Source: Armatimonadia bacterium | GTDB lineage: Bacteria > Armatimonadota > Zipacnadia > Zipacnadales > JABUFB01 | Reading direction: 5' to 3' | DNA length: 64,000 nucleotides | Assembly: GCA_039679385.1 (NCBI GenBank) | Contig: JBDKVB010000017.1 | Span: 5,399 to 69,398 of the forward strand | Shown here: one piece after another, positions 38,814 through 48,860 of the stretch | Layout: every line of letters begins with the position of its first letter | How positions within the stretch are numbered: position 1 is the first letter of the stretch | Program-made: the position numbers and the translations under genes | Notes under the pieces: generated by a model | The model's database searches: none | Seen by the model: only the letters and a program-made list of their open reading frames with translations | Told to the model about the DNA's origin: nothing

Positions 38814-38989
38814 GTAGGCACATCCCGTATAGCGGTAATCGGATTACGGTCTTTGGTAAGTAGTTCCTGTGCGGCCCGGAGGAGTACAGTGGTGGCCCTG
38901 GCACAGAGGCTGATGCGCCTCCCCACAGCAACGCCCGGGGCGTGACTGCCGGGAGGATCTGACGGAGGACCCGCAGCGACCGGGTCGCT

Positions 38990-40171
38990 CTACCCCACAC
39001 ATCCGGCGCCCTGTGACGGGCGGGTCACGAAGGTGCGGCCCTGAAGCTCACACCGTGAGGTATATCGTTGGGTGACCTGCGAGCAGAACCGGTCCACCTC
39101 ATCCAGGTCAACCAGTGCCAGGACGCAGCCACCGAAGCCGGCACCCATCAGCCGGGCGCCTCGGCACCCCGGCGCCTCGCAGGCGATCTCCACCATCGCA
39201 TTGAGCTCGTCGCAACTGACCTCGTAGTCGTCGCGCAGACTGGCGTGCGAGTCGAGGAGCAACCGGCCCAGACGGGCGCAGTCACCACTCCGGAGCGCCT
39301 CGACGCCCTGCATGACACGCTCGTTTTCCGTCACCACGTGGCGCGCCCGGCGGAAGGTGTCGGGGTCGAGGCTGTCGCGATGGCTCAGGAGCACCTCCAG
39401 GGAAGCGTCGCGAAGCGAGGTGACGCCCAACTGCGCGGCAGCTCGCTCGCACTGAGCCCGGCGGGCGTTGTACTCCGACTTCACCAAGCCCCGGGGCTTG
39501 CGGGTATCACACACCACAAAGACAGCTTCCTGATGGCCGAAGTCGATGGTCGTGATGTCGCGGCTGCGGCAGTCGATCAGGAGCGCTGCTCCCTCACTGC
39601 CAAAGACGCTGGAGAACTGGTCGAGGATCCCGCACTTGACGCCCACGAACTCGTTCTCGGCCCGCTGACATAGCAGGGCGAGCTCGGTCGGGTCGAGCGT
39701 GGTCTCGTTGCACTGCAGGAGAGCCTGGGCGAAGCCGATCTCGACGGCGGCTGAGGAGGCCAGTCCGGCGCCGATGGGCAGGTCGCCGATGATCGCGGCA
39801 TCCAGGCCGCCGATGGGGATTCCGATCTCCTGCAGCGCCCAAACGACGCCACGAATATAGGTACCCCACTGCCGCTCACCGTTCAGCGGCTCCAGGCCGT
39901 TGACGCTGAACTGCTCGCGTGCCCGGAAGGCCGCCGACCATACCCGAACCTGTCCATCCTCGCGGGGCAAGGCGGCCACGTAGGTGGCCTGCACGGTTGC
40001 GGCGGGAAGCACAAAGCCCTCGTTATAGTCGGTGTGCTCGCCGAGTATGTTGATGCGCCCCGGGGCACGCGCGACCTTGCACTCACGTCCGCACCGGTCC
40101 GGGAAGGCTTGGGTCCATTCATGACGGGCCAGTGCGACCAGTCCGTCCCAGGTTTGTACAGGGCCTGCCAT
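38990..40171 (-). CDS. galK: Galactokinase
   Basis: APGRINILGEHTDYNEG, PIGAGLASSAA, CGILDQ and GARLMGAGFGG motifs. Confidence 0.95.
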   Translation of the reverse strand: MAGPVQTWDGLVALARHEWTQAFPDRCGRECKVARAPGRINILGEHTDYNEGFVLPAATVQATYVAALPREDGQVRVWSAAFRAREQFSVNGLEPLNGERQWGTYIRGVVWALQEIGIPIGGLDAAIIGDLPIGAGLASSAAVEIGFAQALLQCNETTLDPTELALLCQRAENEFVGVKCGILDQFSSVFGSEGAALLIDCRSRDITTIDFGHQEAVFVVCDTRKPRGLVKSEYNARRAQCERAAAQLGVTSLRDASLEVLLSHRDSLDPDTFRRARHVVTENERVMQGVEALRSGDCARLGRLLLDSHASLRDDYEVSCDELNAMVEIACEAPGCRGARLMGAGFGGCVLALVDLDEVDRFCSQVTQRYTSRCELQGRTFVTRPSQGAGCVG

Positions 40172-40291
40172 CTTGGGTAATCGTATCCGGTCTCACAGAA
40201 TCAGACACACAACTAGCGGGGAATTATAGCCCGCGCCGGAAGCGCATGTCAAACCAGCGAGGACCTTCGGCGGCCTCAGGTGGTCGCGGCC

Positions 40292-40321
40292 TTGACCAAA
40301 GGGAGGGGGCTCGTCTATACT
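40292..40321 (+). promoter_or_regulatory. sigma70 promoter of the T-box/ilv leader
   Basis: TTGACC-N18-TATACT immediately upstream of T-box stem I. Confidence 0.7.
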
Positions 40322-40344
40322 GAAGGCGTAGGACAATATCGTAG

Positions 40345-40641
40345 AAGGCTGTGACGGGGAAGAGTAGGCGTACAACGCGATCCACAGAGAGCCGGCGAGA
40401 AGGTGAGAGTGCCGGCGGTTGCGTCCGCTGAAAGTCACCCCTGAGCCACGTGGCTGAACGGTAATGCGATCGCATCCCGAGCTCAAACCGGGGTGTGGTT
40501 GGCCAGTAAGCCAGGTCGGGTACGCCCGTTATCGCGTGAGAGAGCCGTCCCGCATGGCGGGACGGAACTTGGGTGGTACCGCGGGAAGCACAACGCCTCT
40601 CGTCCCAAGCGCCTTGCTGCGCCTGGACGAGGGGCGTTTTT
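40345..40641 (+). promoter_or_regulatory. T-box riboswitch (transcriptional), specifier GUC = Val
   Basis: Stem I with GA motif, AGTA, AGAGAGCCGG...GGTGAGAG apical motifs and GAAA-GTC-A-CCCC specifier loop (GTC at 40434-40436). Stem II has GAA/AGTA S-turn and a CCGTTA box. T-box AACTTGGGTGGTACCGCG lies at 40566-40583. Confidence 0.93.
40592..40641 (+). terminator. T-box attenuator terminator
   Basis: AACGCCTCTCGTCC...GGACGAGGGGCGTT followed by TTT. Its 5' arm (CGTCCCAAG) is shared with the antiterminator. Confidence 0.9.
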
Positions 40642-40761
40642 CGTATGTCCCCATTGACCGGCCTGCCACGCACGCGAGCCCCAGGGCAGAGCGTAGTGAG
40701 AACTGGCAGGCCATGCCCGGAGCGCCCATCCCGGGCCCAACAGAAGAGGAGCGACGGAATC

Positions 40762-42417
40762 ATGCGTAGCGACCAAGCCAAATCCGGTCTGACGCAGGCG
40801 CCGAGTAGGGCCTTGCTATACGCCTGCGGCTTCACGCCCGACCAGGTCAAGGGCCTCCACATCGGCATCGCCGACAGCTCGTCGGACATCGTCCCCGGGC
40901 ACGTGGGGATGCAGATGCTTGTCCAGCACGTCATGCTCGGGATCGCCGCCGGTGGTGGCGCCCCGATGCGCTTCGGCATCCCGGCAATCTGTGACGGCAT
41001 CGCCATGGGCCACAGGGGCATGTTCTACTCCCTGCCCTCCCGTGAGCTCATCGCCGACTCGGTGGAGAGCATGGCCGAGGCCCACGCCCTCGACGGTCTG
41101 GTTCTCGTCAGCAACTGCGACAAGATCACCCCGGGCATGCTGATGGCTGCGGGACGCCTCGACATCCCCTGCATCGTCGTCACCGCCGGTCCGATGTACT
41201 CCGGTCGGCTCGAAGGCCGCCGTCTGGACCTCGTCAAGGACACCTTTGAGGCTGTCGGACGGGCGCAGGCCGGCGTCATCAGCGAGGAGGACGTCGAGCG
41301 TCTTGCCATGGAAGCGTGCCCCGGCTGCGGATCGTGCCAGGGCCTTTACACCGCCAACACCATGGCCTGCGTCACCGAGGCCCTGGGTATGAGCCTGCCG
41401 GGTTGCGGTACTGCTCTCGCCGGTCAGGCCCAGAAGATGCGGATCGGCTACGACAGCGGCGTGCGCATCTGCGAGCTCGTCCGCCAGGGCATCACGACCC
41501 GCCAGATCATCACTGAGCCCGCCATCCGCAACGCCATCCGCATTGATATGGCCCTGGGCGGCTCGACGAACACCTGCCTGCACATCCCGGCCGTCGCTCA
41601 CGAGGCCGGCGTGGATATCCCGCTGGAAGTCTTCGACGAGATCAGCAAGGCTACGCCGCAGATCGCCTACCTGCGCCCCGCCGGGGAGCACATGATGGAG
41701 GACTTCCACTGGGCCGGTGGCGTTCAGGGTGCCCTGAGCGTGCTCAAGGACTCGCTGGACGATGCCCCGACCGTTAGTGGCAAGACCGTCAGGCAGCTCG
41801 TCGCCGAGGCCAGGGTCATCAACTCCGACGTTATCCGCTCGCTGGACAACGTCTACCGCCCGGAAGGCGGGATTGCCGTCCTGCGTGGCAACGTCTGCCC
41901 CGACGGCGCCGTGGTGAAGCAGTCGGCGGTAAGCCCGGATATGCGCAAGTTCCACGGCAAGGCCCTCTGCTTTGACGGCGAGGAGCAGGCCATGGAGGCC
42001 ATCATGGCCGGGAAGATCACCGACGGCTCCTGGGTCATCGTTCGCTACGAAGGCCCGAAGGGTGGTCCCGGCATGCGCGAGATGCTCAACGCGACCGCGG
42101 CCCTGACCGGCATGGGCAAGGAAAGCTCGGTAGCCCTGCTCACCGACGGACGGTTCAGTGGCGGCACCCGTGGGCCCTGCATCGGCCACATCTCCCCGGA
42201 GGCCGCTGAGGGCGGTCCGCTGGCCCTGGTCCAGGATGGCGACGAGATCAGCCTCGACCTGGATGCCCGCAAGATCGAGCTGCACGTGGACGACGCCGAG
42301 CTGGCCCGCCGCAAGGCCAACTGGGTCGCCCCGGCCCCCAAGGTCACGAAGGGCTGGCTCGGACGCTACGCACGTCTGGTCAAGAGCGCTGCGACCGGCG
42401 GAGTCATGGAGTCCTAA
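40762..42417 (+). CDS. ilvD: Dihydroxy-acid dehydratase
   Basis: GAGGAG RBS and ATG at 40762. [54 protein letters not shown] and TDGRFSG motifs. Confidence 0.97.
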   Translation: MRSDQAKSGLTQAPSRALLYACGFTPDQVKGLHIGIADSSSDIVPGHVGMQMLVQHVMLGIAAGGGAPMRFGIPAICDGIAMGHRGMFYSLPSRELIADSVESMAEAHALDGLVLVSNCDKITPGMLMAAGRLDIPCIVVTAGPMYSGRLEGRRLDLVKDTFEAVGRAQAGVISEEDVERLAMEACPGCGSCQGLYTANTMACVTEALGMSLPGCGTALAGQAQKMRIGYDSGVRICELVRQGITTRQIITEPAIRNAIRIDMALGGSTNTCLHIPAVAHEAGVDIPLEVFDEISKATPQIAYLRPAGEHMMEDFHWAGGVQGALSVLKDSLDDAPTVSGKTVRQLVAEARVINSDVIRSLDNVYRPEGGIAVLRGNVCPDGAVVKQSAVSPDMRKFHGKALCFDGEEQAMEAIMAGKITDGSWVIVRYEGPKGGPGMREMLNATAALTGMGKESSVALLTDGRFSGGTRGPCIGHISPEAAEGGPLALVQDGDEISLDLDARKIELHVDDAELARRKANWVAPAPKVTKGWLGRYARLVKSAATGGVMES

Positions 42418-42551
42418 GTTCGCTTCACAGGCTAGGAGCCGCGGGAACGAGTGATACTGAGGCACGCTTGCAGTGGTGGACTGGGCTCGTTCCCCCGGCA
42501 ACCGTCTGAGGTCGAAGGGCAAGGCTACCTTGCCCGGGAGAGGTAACAGAC

Positions 42552-44261
42552 ATGAGCAACCGCACCTTCACCGGCGCCGATGGGATGCTGAGGGTCTTCG
42601 AAGAGGAAGGCGTGGACGTGATCTTCGGCTTCCCCGGTGGGTCCGTCATTCCCATCTACGACAAGATCTATCACGCGGTGGCCGAGGGCCGAATCCGCCA
42701 CATCCTGCCGCGCCATGAGCAGGGCGGCATCCATGCTGCCGACGGCTATGCGCGCTCGACGGGCAAGGTCGGCGTAATGGTCGCCACCAGTGGCCCCGGC
42801 GCGATGAACCTGGTGACGGGCCTGGCAACCGCCTATATGGATTCGGTACCGATCGTCGCCGTCACCGGTCAGGTCAAGACCTCGGCCATCGGCAAGGACG
42901 CCTTCCAGGAGGCCGACACGATCGGCGTCACGATGCCGGTGACCAAGCACAACTACCTGGTCAAGAGCGTGGCCGACCTTCCGGAGATCACCCGAGAGGC
43001 CTTCTACATCGCCCGCACGGGGCGTCCCGGACCGGTGGTCATCGACGTGCCCTTCGATGTCAGCGCCGGTCCCTGCAACTGGGTTGATGCCCCGCGTAAG
43101 GAGATCCCCGGCTATGCACCGCCCGGCAAGGGTGACCCGGAGGCCATCCGCAAGGCCGCCGAGATGATCTCCAAGGCGGAGAGGCCGATCCTGTACGTGG
43201 GTGGCGGAATCATCGCTGCCGACGCCGCTCCCCTGCTGAAGGAACTCGCCGAGAAGGCCAACCTCTTCGTGGTTCACACCATGATGGGCAAAGGCGCCTT
43301 CCCCGAGACCCATGACCTGTCCATGGGGATGCCGGGCATGCACGGGATGGCCTACGGGAGCCATGCGCTCCAGCACGCGGGCCTGATCATCGCCATCGGC
43401 GCACGCTTCGATGACCGCGTTACCGGCGACCCGACCAAGTTTGCACCTGAGGCCGAGGTCATCCACATCGACATCGACCCCGCCGAGATCAACAAGGTCC
43501 GGCGGGCGCAGGTTGCGATCGTCGGCAATGCTCGCCTCGTGCTCGAGGAGCTCCTGCCGCAGATCCAGCCCCGTCAGCCGGGAGAGTGGGAAGCGCACCT
43601 GCGCGAGTGGCGTGCCGCCCATCAGCTCTCCTACAACGCAGACCCGGAGGACGGCGTCTCGCCGCAGTACGTCATCGAGCAACTCTGGGAAGCGACGAGG
43701 GGCGAAGCGATCGTCTGCACCGAAGTCGGTCAGCACCAGATGTGGGCCGCGCAGTACTACCGCTGCCAGTTCCCGCGCCAGTTCATCTCCAGCGGCGGCC
43801 TCGGCACGATGGGCTTCGGCTTCCCGGCGGCCATCGGTGCGCAGGTCGGCAACCCGGGCAAGGTCTGCGTGGACATTGCCGGCGACGGCTCCATTCAGAT
43901 GTGCATCCAGGAACTGGCAACCGCCGTCATCAACAAGCTGCCGGTCAAGGTGGTCATCCTCAACAACGGCTACCTGGGGATGGTGCGCCAGTGGCAGGAC
44001 CTCTTCTACGGCAAGCGCTACAGCGGCGTTGACCTGACCGGCAACCCGGACTTCGTCAAGCTCGCCGAGGCCTACGGCGCAACGGGATACCTGGTGACAG
44101 ACAAGTCGCAGGTGCGGCCGACGCTGGAGAAGTCCCTGGAGATCACCGACCGGCCGTGCGTCATCGACGTTCGCACGCCGCCGGAAGAGAACGTGTTCCC
44201 GATGATTCCGGCCGGCGCGACCTTCGCAGACATGATGGAAACCGCGCCCGTGGGCATCTAG
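42552..44261 (+). CDS. ilvB: Acetolactate synthase large subunit, copy 1
   Basis: RHEQ, TSGPGAMN, FQEAD, RFDDRVT, VGQHQMW, GDGS...NN and GMVRQWQ motifs; 569 aa. Confidence 0.96.
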   Translation: MSNRTFTGADGMLRVFEEEGVDVIFGFPGGSVIPIYDKIYHAVAEGRIRHILPRHEQGGIHAADGYARSTGKVGVMVATSGPGAMNLVTGLATAYMDSVPIVAVTGQVKTSAIGKDAFQEADTIGVTMPVTKHNYLVKSVADLPEITREAFYIARTGRPGPVVIDVPFDVSAGPCNWVDAPRKEIPGYAPPGKGDPEAIRKAAEMISKAERPILYVGGGIIAADAAPLLKELAEKANLFVVHTMMGKGAFPETHDLSMGMPGMHGMAYGSHALQHAGLIIAIGARFDDRVTGDPTKFAPEAEVIHIDIDPAEINKVRRAQVAIVGNARLVLEELLPQIQPRQPGEWEAHLREWRAAHQLSYNADPEDGVSPQYVIEQLWEATRGEAIVCTEVGQHQMWAAQYYRCQFPRQFISSGGLGTMGFGFPAAIGAQVGNPGKVCVDIAGDGSIQMCIQELATAVINKLPVKVVILNNGYLGMVRQWQDLFYGKRYSGVDLTGNPDFVKLAEAYGATGYLVTDKSQVRPTLEKSLEITDRPCVIDVRTPPEENVFPMIPAGATFADMMETAPVGI

Positions 44262-44323
44262 GCAGGCACTGCCCACATCGTCGCACAACCTGAGCACTGA
44301 TCCAAAACACCAGGAGACCGTGG

Positions 44324-46033
44324 ATGTCTGAGGCGACCTTCTTCGGCGCAGATGCCGTCATCAAGGTCCTGGAGAGCGAGCAGGTGGACGTCATCTTCGG
44401 CTTCCCCGGAGCGGCGGTCATCCCCATCTACGACCGCCTCTACCATGCCGAGGCCGAGGGCAGGATCCACCACGTACTCACTCGTCATGAGCAGGGCGCC
44501 GTCCATGCTGCGGACGGCTATGCGCGGGCGACCGGCAAGGTCGGCGTATGCATCGCCACCAGCGGCCCCGGCGCGATGAACCTGATAACCGGCATCGCCA
44601 CGGCCTACATGGACTCGGTTCCCCTGGTCGCCCTTACCGGCCAGGTGCGCACCGGGATCATCGGTAAGGACGCCTTCCAGGAGGCCGATACCTTCGGCGT
44701 CACGATGCCGATTACCAAACACAACTACCTGGTGAAGGATGCCGGCAGACTCGCGGAGGTGCTGCGCGAAGCCTTCTACATCGCTCGCACAGGCCGGCCG
44801 GGACCGGTGCTGGTCGATATCCCCGTGGATCTCACCAACACTCCTTGCGAGTGGCACGAGGATGGGCACAAGCAGATTCCCGGCTACAACCCGCCGGGCA
44901 AGGGTGACCCCGAGGCACTCCGCCAGGCAGCCGAGCTGATCTCGAAGGCCGAGCGCCCGGTTCTGTACGTCGGCGGCGGCGTGATCGCCTCCGGCGCGTC
45001 AGACCTCGTGCGGCAACTCGCCGAGAAGGCCAGCCTGTACACGGTGCACACCCTGATGGCGAAGGGCGCCTTCCCTGAGGACCACGAGCTATCCATGGGC
45101 ATGCCCGGGATGCACGGGACCGCCTACGCCACTCACGCGATGCATCACGCGGGGCTCATCATCTCGGTCGGCGCACGCTTCGACGACCGTGTCACCGGCG
45201 ACCCGAGCAAGTTCGCTCCTGAGGCCGAGGTCATCCACATCGATATCGACCCCGCCGAGATCAACAAGGTCCGTCGGGCACGGGTCGGAATCGTCGGAGA
45301 CGCCCGCGAAGTCCTGGAGGAGCTCTTGCCGCTCGTGAAGCCGCGCCGACCTGGTGAGTGGGAAGCGCACCTCAAGGAGTGGCGTGCCGATCATCCGCTC
45401 AGCTACAACGCCGATCCGGAGGACGGCGTCTCGCCGCAGTACGTCATCGAGCAACTCTGGGAAGCCACGAAGGGCGAAGCCGTCGTCTGTACCGAGGTCG
45501 GTCAGCACCAGATGTGGGCCGCCCAGTACTACCGATGCCGATACCCGCGCCAGTTCATCAGCAGCGGCGGCCTGGGGACGATGGGCTATGGGTTTCCCGC
45601 AGCCATCGGCGCACAGATCGGGTGCCCGGACAGGACCGTGGTAGACATCGCCGGTGACGGTTCGATCCAGATGTGCATCCAGGAACTGGCGACCGCCGTC
45701 ATCCAGAAGCTGCCGGTCAAGATTGTCATTCTCAACAACGGCTACCTGGGAATGGTGCGGCAGTGGCAGGACCTGTTCTATGGCAAGCGCTATAGTGGCG
45801 TCGACCTGAGCGGCAATCCGGATTTCGTCAAGCTTGCCGAGGCCTACAGTGCTGCCGGTTTCCTGGTCACCGACAAGGCGCAAGTGCGGCCGACGCTGGA
45901 CAAGGCGATGCAGATCACGGATCGGCCCTGCCTGATCGACGTTCACACGCCGCCCGAGGAGAACGTGTTCCCGATGATCCCGGCCGGCAAGACCTTTGAG
46001 GACATGATGGAGACCGCCCCGGTCGGGGTGTAG
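44324..46033 (+). CDS. ilvB: Acetolactate synthase large subunit, copy 2 (tandem paralog)
   Basis: Same motifs and same length (569 aa) as copy 1; colinear without gaps. Confidence 0.96.
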   Translation: MSEATFFGADAVIKVLESEQVDVIFGFPGAAVIPIYDRLYHAEAEGRIHHVLTRHEQGAVHAADGYARATGKVGVCIATSGPGAMNLITGIATAYMDSVPLVALTGQVRTGIIGKDAFQEADTFGVTMPITKHNYLVKDAGRLAEVLREAFYIARTGRPGPVLVDIPVDLTNTPCEWHEDGHKQIPGYNPPGKGDPEALRQAAELISKAERPVLYVGGGVIASGASDLVRQLAEKASLYTVHTLMAKGAFPEDHELSMGMPGMHGTAYATHAMHHAGLIISVGARFDDRVTGDPSKFAPEAEVIHIDIDPAEINKVRRARVGIVGDAREVLEELLPLVKPRRPGEWEAHLKEWRADHPLSYNADPEDGVSPQYVIEQLWEATKGEAVVCTEVGQHQMWAAQYYRCRYPRQFISSGGLGTMGYGFPAAIGAQIGCPDRTVVDIAGDGSIQMCIQELATAVIQKLPVKIVILNNGYLGMVRQWQDLFYGKRYSGVDLSGNPDFVKLAEAYSAAGFLVTDKAQVRPTLDKAMQITDRPCLIDVHTPPEENVFPMIPAGKTFEDMMETAPVGV

Positions 46034-46077
46034 CGCTCCGGTGCGACCTCACCAACTTTGACGGGAGGCAAGCTGGT

Positions 46078-46563
46078 ATGAAACACACCATCTCAGCCAG
46101 GGTCGAGAACAAGCCGGGCGTGTTGGCGCGGATGTCCGGGCTGTTCGCTCGCCGTGGCTTCAACATCGACAGCCTGGCCGTCAGTACCACCGAGGACCCG
46201 GGCGTGTCTCGCATGACGATCACGGTCACCGGCGACGAGTTCACGCTGGAGCAGATCTGCAACCAACTGGTCAAGCTAGTGGACGTAATCGAGGTCGTTG
46301 ACCACACCAACGACGCCTACGTGGACCGCGAACTGTGCTTGTGCAAGGTCTGCTGCGACGCCCAGACTCGCCACGACATCATCGACCTGTGCAACATCTT
46401 CCGCGCGGACGTGGTCGATGTCGGCAACGAGACCCTGATCCTGCAGATCACCGGCGACGAGGACAAGATTGACGCCTTCGTTCGCACGATGGAGCAGTTC
46501 GGTGTCCGTGAGATGGTCCGCACGGGCAAGATTCTCCTGGTCCGAGGAGTGCAGCGAACCTAG
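46078..46563 (+). CDS. ilvN: Acetolactate synthase small (regulatory) subunit
   Basis: ACT domain VENKPGVLAR..GLFARRGFNIDSLAV and EMVRTG. Confidence 0.96.
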   Translation: MKHTISARVENKPGVLARMSGLFARRGFNIDSLAVSTTEDPGVSRMTITVTGDEFTLEQICNQLVKLVDVIEVVDHTNDAYVDRELCLCKVCCDAQTRHDIIDLCNIFRADVVDVGNETLILQITGDEDKIDAFVRTMEQFGVREMVRTGKILLVRGVQRT

Positions 46564-46588
46564 GGTAGTCGACCGGAGGTGTTCGGCC

Positions 46589-47335
46589 ATGGCTCCCGGC
46601 GTCGTCCGCTTCTGTGTTGTGTTGTTGTGTTGTCTGGTGACCGTCAGCTCATGGGCGCAGCTCGGTTACCAGGACCGTCGCGAGGACATGCTGGTACGGG
46701 TCGACTTCAGCCGGTCGCAGGTGAAGGACTGTCTGCTCACGGGTGCCACCTTCACCTCAACGAACCTGCGGGAGGCCGGCTTCGAGCGCAGCGACCTCAG
46801 CTCGGCGAAGCTGCGGAACTGCAAACTCGACGGCGTCAGCCTCACAGAGGTGGCCGGTGACGGTCTCCAGGCCCAGCGGCTGACGCTGACCAGGCCGAAG
46901 CTCAGTAGCAGCTCTCTCACGGCGCTGGAGTGGGACTCAGGGACCTTGAGCGGACGGCTGCAGAGCATTGAAATCACGGGGCTGAAGTTGTATCGTTGCG
47001 AGAGCCGCGATCTGCTCCTTGACCACCTGACCTGCCGCGACCTGGTGGCCACGGGATTGGATATCGACGGGCTGCGCGCCTCGGACTGCGAGCTCTCCGA
47101 CGTGCAACTCAGCAACGTACAGATGGCCGGTTCACGCTGGTCGCGAGTCGAAGCGCAGCGCTCGCGCCTCGAGGACGTGGAGCTGCAGGACAGCCGACTC
47201 GAGGACTGCGACCTGTCCTATGTCCGGGCCGAAGGCTGCGACCTAAGTCATGCGCGGTTCGACAGGTGCGACCTCCGGGGCCTGGTCATCAACGGCTACG
47301 ACATCGAGGAGCTGATCCGTCGGGCCGGAAGGTAG
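46589..47335 (+). CDS. Secreted pentapeptide-repeat protein
   Basis: GGAGGT RBS and ATG at 46589. Signal peptide ...LLCCLVTVSSWA|Q. Repeats such as TNLRE AGFER SDLSS AKLRN and CDLSH ARFDR CDLRG; C-terminal INGYDIEELI. Confidence 0.8.
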   Translation: MAPGVVRFCVVLLCCLVTVSSWAQLGYQDRREDMLVRVDFSRSQVKDCLLTGATFTSTNLREAGFERSDLSSAKLRNCKLDGVSLTEVAGDGLQAQRLTLTRPKLSSSSLTALEWDSGTLSGRLQSIEITGLKLYRCESRDLLLDHLTCRDLVATGLDIDGLRASDCELSDVQLSNVQMAGSRWSRVEAQRSRLEDVELQDSRLEDCDLSYVRAEGCDLSHARFDRCDLRGLVINGYDIEELIRRAGR

Positions 47336-47361
47336 CCCAACGGACAGCCGAGGTCAGTCAC

Positions 47362-47715
47362 ATGGGCGACATGCAGGAACTCATCACGATCGAGGGCTTC
47401 GGCCGCACACTGGGCATCCTGTGTGTGCTCTGGTCCGTGGTGAGCCTGGTCCTCGCTGCGATTGCAGCCGCGAGAGGTCAGCGCCGGGGTCTGTGCAAGG
47501 GGCTGATCTGGGCACTGCTCGGGCCCCTGACCTGGGGGCTTTGGAAGTACTATGGCTGGATGGTGCGCGTGGTTCCTGAGACGGGCTACGTGGGCCTGCA
47601 CCGGACCTCGGTGTTCGCCATCAACCTGCTGGTGTTCCTGGTTGTCGGGGCAGGAGTGGGGTATGTGTTGGGAAGGCTCTACCACCGTTCGCCTGCGGCG
47701 AACGAAGACTCGTAA
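47362..47715 (+). CDS. Small membrane protein (3 TM), hypothetical
   Basis: GAGGT RBS; three hydrophobic segments; fills the gap between the pentapeptide gene and ilvC on the operon strand. Confidence 0.65.
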   Translation: MGDMQELITIEGFGRTLGILCVLWSVVSLVLAAIAAARGQRRGLCKGLIWALLGPLTWGLWKYYGWMVRVVPETGYVGLHRTSVFAINLLVFLVVGAGVGYVLGRLYHRSPAANEDS

Positions 47716-47765
47716 CACACTCAGACGCAACTGGTGTCACTCACCGATACAGGGAGGAATAGACA

Positions 47766-48764
47766 ATGGCCGCAAAGATGTTCTATGACGACGATGCTGA
47801 CCTGTCACTGCTTGATGGGAAAAAGGTAGCCATCATTGGCTACGGTATCCAGGGCCGGGCGCAGTCCATGTGCCTGCGGGACAGCGGCGTAGACGTCATC
47901 ATTGCAGAGCTCAAGGGCACGCCGAACTACGAGCAGGCTGTCGCCGACGGCTGGGACATTCAGGACACCGAGAGCGCTGCCAAGGCCGCCGACATGATCC
48001 AGGTTCTCACCCAGGATCACCTGCAGGCCATGGTATTCAAGAACTTCATCCAGCCGAACCTGTCCGAGGGCAACGCACTGATCTTCTCGCACGGGTTCAA
48101 CATCCGCTACGGCGGCATCGTCCCGCCGGCCTTCGTCGACGTGTTCATGATCGCCCCGAAGGGCCCGGGCGCACTGGTCCGCGAGTGCTACGTCAACGAC
48201 ACCGGCGTCCCCTCCCTCGTCGCAGTGGAGCAGGACTTCACCGGCAAGGCTCTGGACTATGCCCTGGCCTACGCCAAGGCTCTCAAGGCCACTAAGGCCG
48301 GCGTCATCCAGACCACCTTCACCGAAGAGACCGAGACTGACCTCTTCGGCGAGCAGGCCGTGCTGTGCGGCGGCGTCTCCGAGCTCATCACCGCCGGCTT
48401 CGACACTCTCGTTGCCGCGGGCTACCAGCCGGAGATCGCGTACTTCGAGGTCTGCCACGAGCTCAAGCTCATCATGGACCTCATCTACAACTACGGCATC
48501 CAGGGCATGCGCGAGCGCGTGTCCGACACCGCCGCCTACGGCGACATCAGCCGTGGCAAGCGGATCGTCACCGACGCAACCCGTGCCGAGATGGCCAAGA
48601 TGCTGCGCGAGATCCAGGACGGCTCCTTCGCCAAGGAGTGGACGCTGGAGAACATGACCGGCCGCACGGTCTACAACAGCCTCCTCAAGGAGGGCGAGAA
48701 GTCGCAGATCGAGGAAGTCGGTTCCCGCCTGCGCGCCATGATGCCCTTCCTGAAGAAGGGTTAG
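47766..48764 (+). CDS. ilvC: Ketol-acid reductoisomerase
   Basis: [37 protein letters not shown] and AYFE..HELKLI motifs. Confidence 0.97.
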   Translation: MAAKMFYDDDADLSLLDGKKVAIIGYGIQGRAQSMCLRDSGVDVIIAELKGTPNYEQAVADGWDIQDTESAAKAADMIQVLTQDHLQAMVFKNFIQPNLSEGNALIFSHGFNIRYGGIVPPAFVDVFMIAPKGPGALVRECYVNDTGVPSLVAVEQDFTGKALDYALAYAKALKATKAGVIQTTFTEETETDLFGEQAVLCGGVSELITAGFDTLVAAGYQPEIAYFEVCHELKLIMDLIYNYGIQGMRERVSDTAAYGDISRGKRIVTDATRAEMAKMLREIQDGSFAKEWTLENMTGRTVYNSLLKEGEKSQIEEVGSRLRAMMPFLKKG

Positions 48765-48785
48765 TCAGTCCAACCACGAGGCACC

Positions 48786-48820
48786 AAAAGGCCGAGGGCA
48801 CAGTCGCCCTCGGCCTTTTT
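48786..48820. terminator. Bidirectional intrinsic terminator
   Basis: AAAAGGCCGAGGGC-acagtc-GCCCTCGGCCTTTTT between ilvC and the convergent CBS gene. Confidence 0.9.
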
Positions 48821-48860
48821 CGTTCTTGCCTCTCGAACGGTGCGGCGGCTGTCTTCTGCC

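Noticed and set aside
38835-38847. Palindrome GTAATC-G-GATTAC upstream of smc as a parS site or operator
   Set aside because: It does not match the parS consensus (TGTTTCACGTGAAACA), occurs once, and is short enough to arise by chance.
40816-44297. 568-aa and 590-aa minus-strand ORFs
   Set aside because: Antisense shadows of ilvD and ilvB copy 1 with no independent coding signal.
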